Assembly: GCA_963693365.1 (NCBI GenBank)
Contig: CAVNZM010000012.1
Coordinates: 8,374,001-8,438,000, forward strand
DNA length: 64,000 bases
From: Amoebidium appalachense
Taxonomy: Eukaryota; Protista; Ichthyosporea
Reading direction: 5' to 3'
The notes below the pieces were generated by a model that saw only the letters and a list, made by a program, of their open reading frames with translations, did no database searches and had not been told where the DNA came from. Positions 61,656 to 64,000 of this stretch are shown one piece after another. Within the stretch, counting starts at the first letter, position 1. Every line of letters starts with the position of its first letter. A program made the position numbers and the translations under genes.

Positions 61656-62347
61656 GTTTAGGGGAAAGAGAAAAGACACGTCCACAAAAACATGTATGTA
61701 TTGGAGTGCATACAAACGAATTCTTTTTTTTATAAACAATGACCCGTTCAGAATGCAGCAGGGACAGGGAGGGTGGCGGTAAGTGATAACACGTTGCGGG
61801 CTTTACAGATACTTTCTTTTGCAGGGTTTATACGGTTTGGTGGCATTGCTCGATGGTGCACCTTGGTGGGGGTGGAAAAAAATCGTGTCGAGACTTATTA
61901 GTTCATTTTGTGAATATTGTGCGCCCATAATAGGTGCACCAGATGGAGCCCTTTTCGACGGTTAGTAGAATATGCTTCTCACACCAACATTACGAAGGCA
62001 CACGAAAGGTAGCAACAGCAAAAAGGTTCGACAAACACAAATAGAAGAAGAAGAAGATGTTATCTTTCATAGTGTATCTGAAACACAAAGGAATGATCGA
62101 ATGGCCAAGATGCAAATGGAACAGCCGATAGCCGGCAGCAACAAGAACCCTGGTGGGAATGTGAGGAGCGGGCAAAAAAAAAAAAAAAAAAGGGCGGAAT
62201 AATGTGAAAGGGTAGGTAGGGGGGGGGGGGGGGGGGGGGGGGGAGGGGAGGAAGGGGGAGGGGTAGATCCATGTTGAAAATGTAAATGCAGTCCAAAAAC
62301 AGGCATTATAAGGTCACAGTCAAAAAAAAAAAAAAAAAAAAAAAAAA

Positions 62348-62387
<40 letters not shown>

Positions 62388-62450
62388 AAAAGAAAAGAAA
62401 AAAACAACAACAAAAAAACGACACGATTCTTTGCATCTTGACTCTTGATT

Positions 62451-62490
<40 letters not shown>

Positions 62491-62753
62491 AAAACAAACC
62501 CAACCCCAACCACAATCACAACAACCACAAACCAACCAACATGGAGAAGACTTTGGATAGATGGGGAGAGGGGGGACATTGTCCAATGAAAGGACGGGAG
62601 GCCATAAAACCAGAAATGGGGGGAAGGGGACTGAGGGGCGAGGGCATGTTTTGCCGATGAACTGACTATAACAAGAAACAGCAGTTGACCACAGGTGGTG
62701 TGTAGAGCCACAACTCCAAAAGCACACGAATGACCTAAAAACATGGATTTTAC

Positions 62754-62797
<44 letters not shown>

Positions 62798-63578
62798 AAC
62801 CACCACCACCACCGCCACCAACACCCCGTCCCGTGCCCTCCCCCTACACCGAACCCCTACACACAAGCTACCACCACCACCACCATCACACACACGCGAC
62901 AGGCCACGAAACAAACAAACCAAATTGACAAAAGAAAGAGAAGCAGCAGTGCTTGCGTGAGCTCGAATTCGAACAAGATCATCCAAAAACCGAATTAAAT
63001 AGCCTCACCATTGAACAAAAGGTCCCAAAAAATGTCCCATAAGACAAAAAAAAACAACAACAAAGGAACAAACAAATTAAATAGATCAAAAAGAAGCAGA
63101 ATTGCCTGCTTGGATGGGGGGAAAAAAGAGCGTCCAGGAAGGGATTCGAACCCTCGCGGGCAGAGCCCACAGGATTAGCAGTCCTGCGCCTTAACCACTC
63201 GGCCACCTGAACACGATGACGTAGGTGGGGGCATTATCTGGAGGACCATTGTGCACAAGCATACCAAATGCACATGAAGAACGTACCGTATCCTACGATA
63301 CCTACCAGTAATGATAAGCAAAGGGTGTGCGCGCGTGCGCGTGCGCTCATGTTATGTAAGCGCATACGACACGTACGCATGGGCCGGGGTAGCAAAAAAT
63401 TATGCATTCGGCTATGTATTTTTGGCTGGTGTGGAGTGTGGCATCCAGCTAAATGCAACACCACACGCCTGGGTGGGTGGGTGGGTGGGTGGGTGGGTTG
63501 GGGGGGGGGGGGGATTCGGACCTTGTAATGGGCAAGGAAGTCGTGGATGGCATTAGACTGCATGATACTGTCCATATT
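55382..63578 (-). CDS. ABCG/White-family half transporter, ADP1-like: linker and ABC-2 membrane domain; ATPase exons lie beyond the window
   Basis: Exons give [49 protein letters not shown]|[33 protein letters not shown], ...[11 protein letters not shown]. Linker exons upstream of 60774 are less certain. Confidence 0.88.
55938..56185. repeat. G-rich minisatellite, 6 x ~40 bp (GAGTCTTGGCGTGGGAGGGGGAGGGA-Gn)
   Basis: Directly visible in ABCG intron. Confidence 0.9.
58950..59125 (-). repeat. Copy of intronic structured repeat family (subfamily B, 5'-truncated)
   Basis: Reverse complement matches ~28455-28631; sense to the ABCG host. Confidence 0.85.
63131..63212 (-). tRNA. tRNA-Ser(GCU), 82 nt with long variable arm
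   Basis: Acceptor stem GTTCAGG/CCTGGAC, D-arm TGGCCGAGTGGTTAAGGC, anticodon arm CAGGA-CTGCTAA-TCCTG, T-loop GGTTCGAATCC, G discriminator, downstream T6 terminator. Confidence 0.96.
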
Positions 63579-64000
63579 CTGTGGGATGGAGAGAGGAAGA
63601 AAGGGGGGGGGGAGGGGGGGGGGGAGGGGGGGGGGAGGGGGGTAGAGGGGGAGGGGGCAGGGGAAAGGTGGGAAGGAGAGAGAGGATGTAAGTCAATGTG
63701 GTGAGTGCGGCATGTGTTTACGTGTATGGCACGGTGTGCATGTATGCATGTGACTGTATGTGTGTACATGCGCACGTGCGCATTGTAAATGATCACGGTA
63801 TCGGTTCATGTGCGGGCGCCTGTGAGCAAGTGTATGAGAAGGGCATGGTGCACACGTCACGTTCTATGATTGTGCATCCTTGAACCTGCGTGATTCTTCG
63901 GAATGCACGTGTTTACTACATGTGTCGTCTTGTTTGCACAATTGTGTACTTGTATGCAAACACTTACTAGGATAGGAGCATGGAAACTTGACATACGCCT

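Noticed and set aside
62979-63206. 75-aa [15 protein letters not shown]...
   Set aside because: Translation of the tRNA-Ser gene.

Overview
Eukaryotic, intron-rich genomic DNA, probably from a unicellular opisthokont (organism not identifiable from sequence alone). Introns are saturated with (CA)n/(GT)n microsatellites and long poly-C/poly-G tracts, so most ORFs in the supplied track are artefacts. Manual exon reconstruction gives: the 3' end of a PLP-dependent aromatic-amino-acid decarboxylase (+); an SGNH/GDSL esterase (-, 7 exons, one probable GC-AG intron) with a frameshifted two-exon paralogous relic downstream; a PIP kinase with an unusual N-terminal PLAT/LH2 domain (+); a small unknown two-exon ORF; an ornithine decarboxylase antizyme requiring a programmed +1 frameshift at UCC-UGA-U; eIF2B beta (+, 10 exons); an orphan gene (+); and the 3' half of an ADP1-like ABCG transporter (-) with a nested tRNA-Ser(GCU). 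Most notable unexplained signals: a ~230-270-nt structured repeat family found only in introns, in host-sense orientation and next to C-runs, with apparent compensatory base changes and hammerhead-like core words; and repeated 'echo' copies of exon edges inside neighbouring introns.
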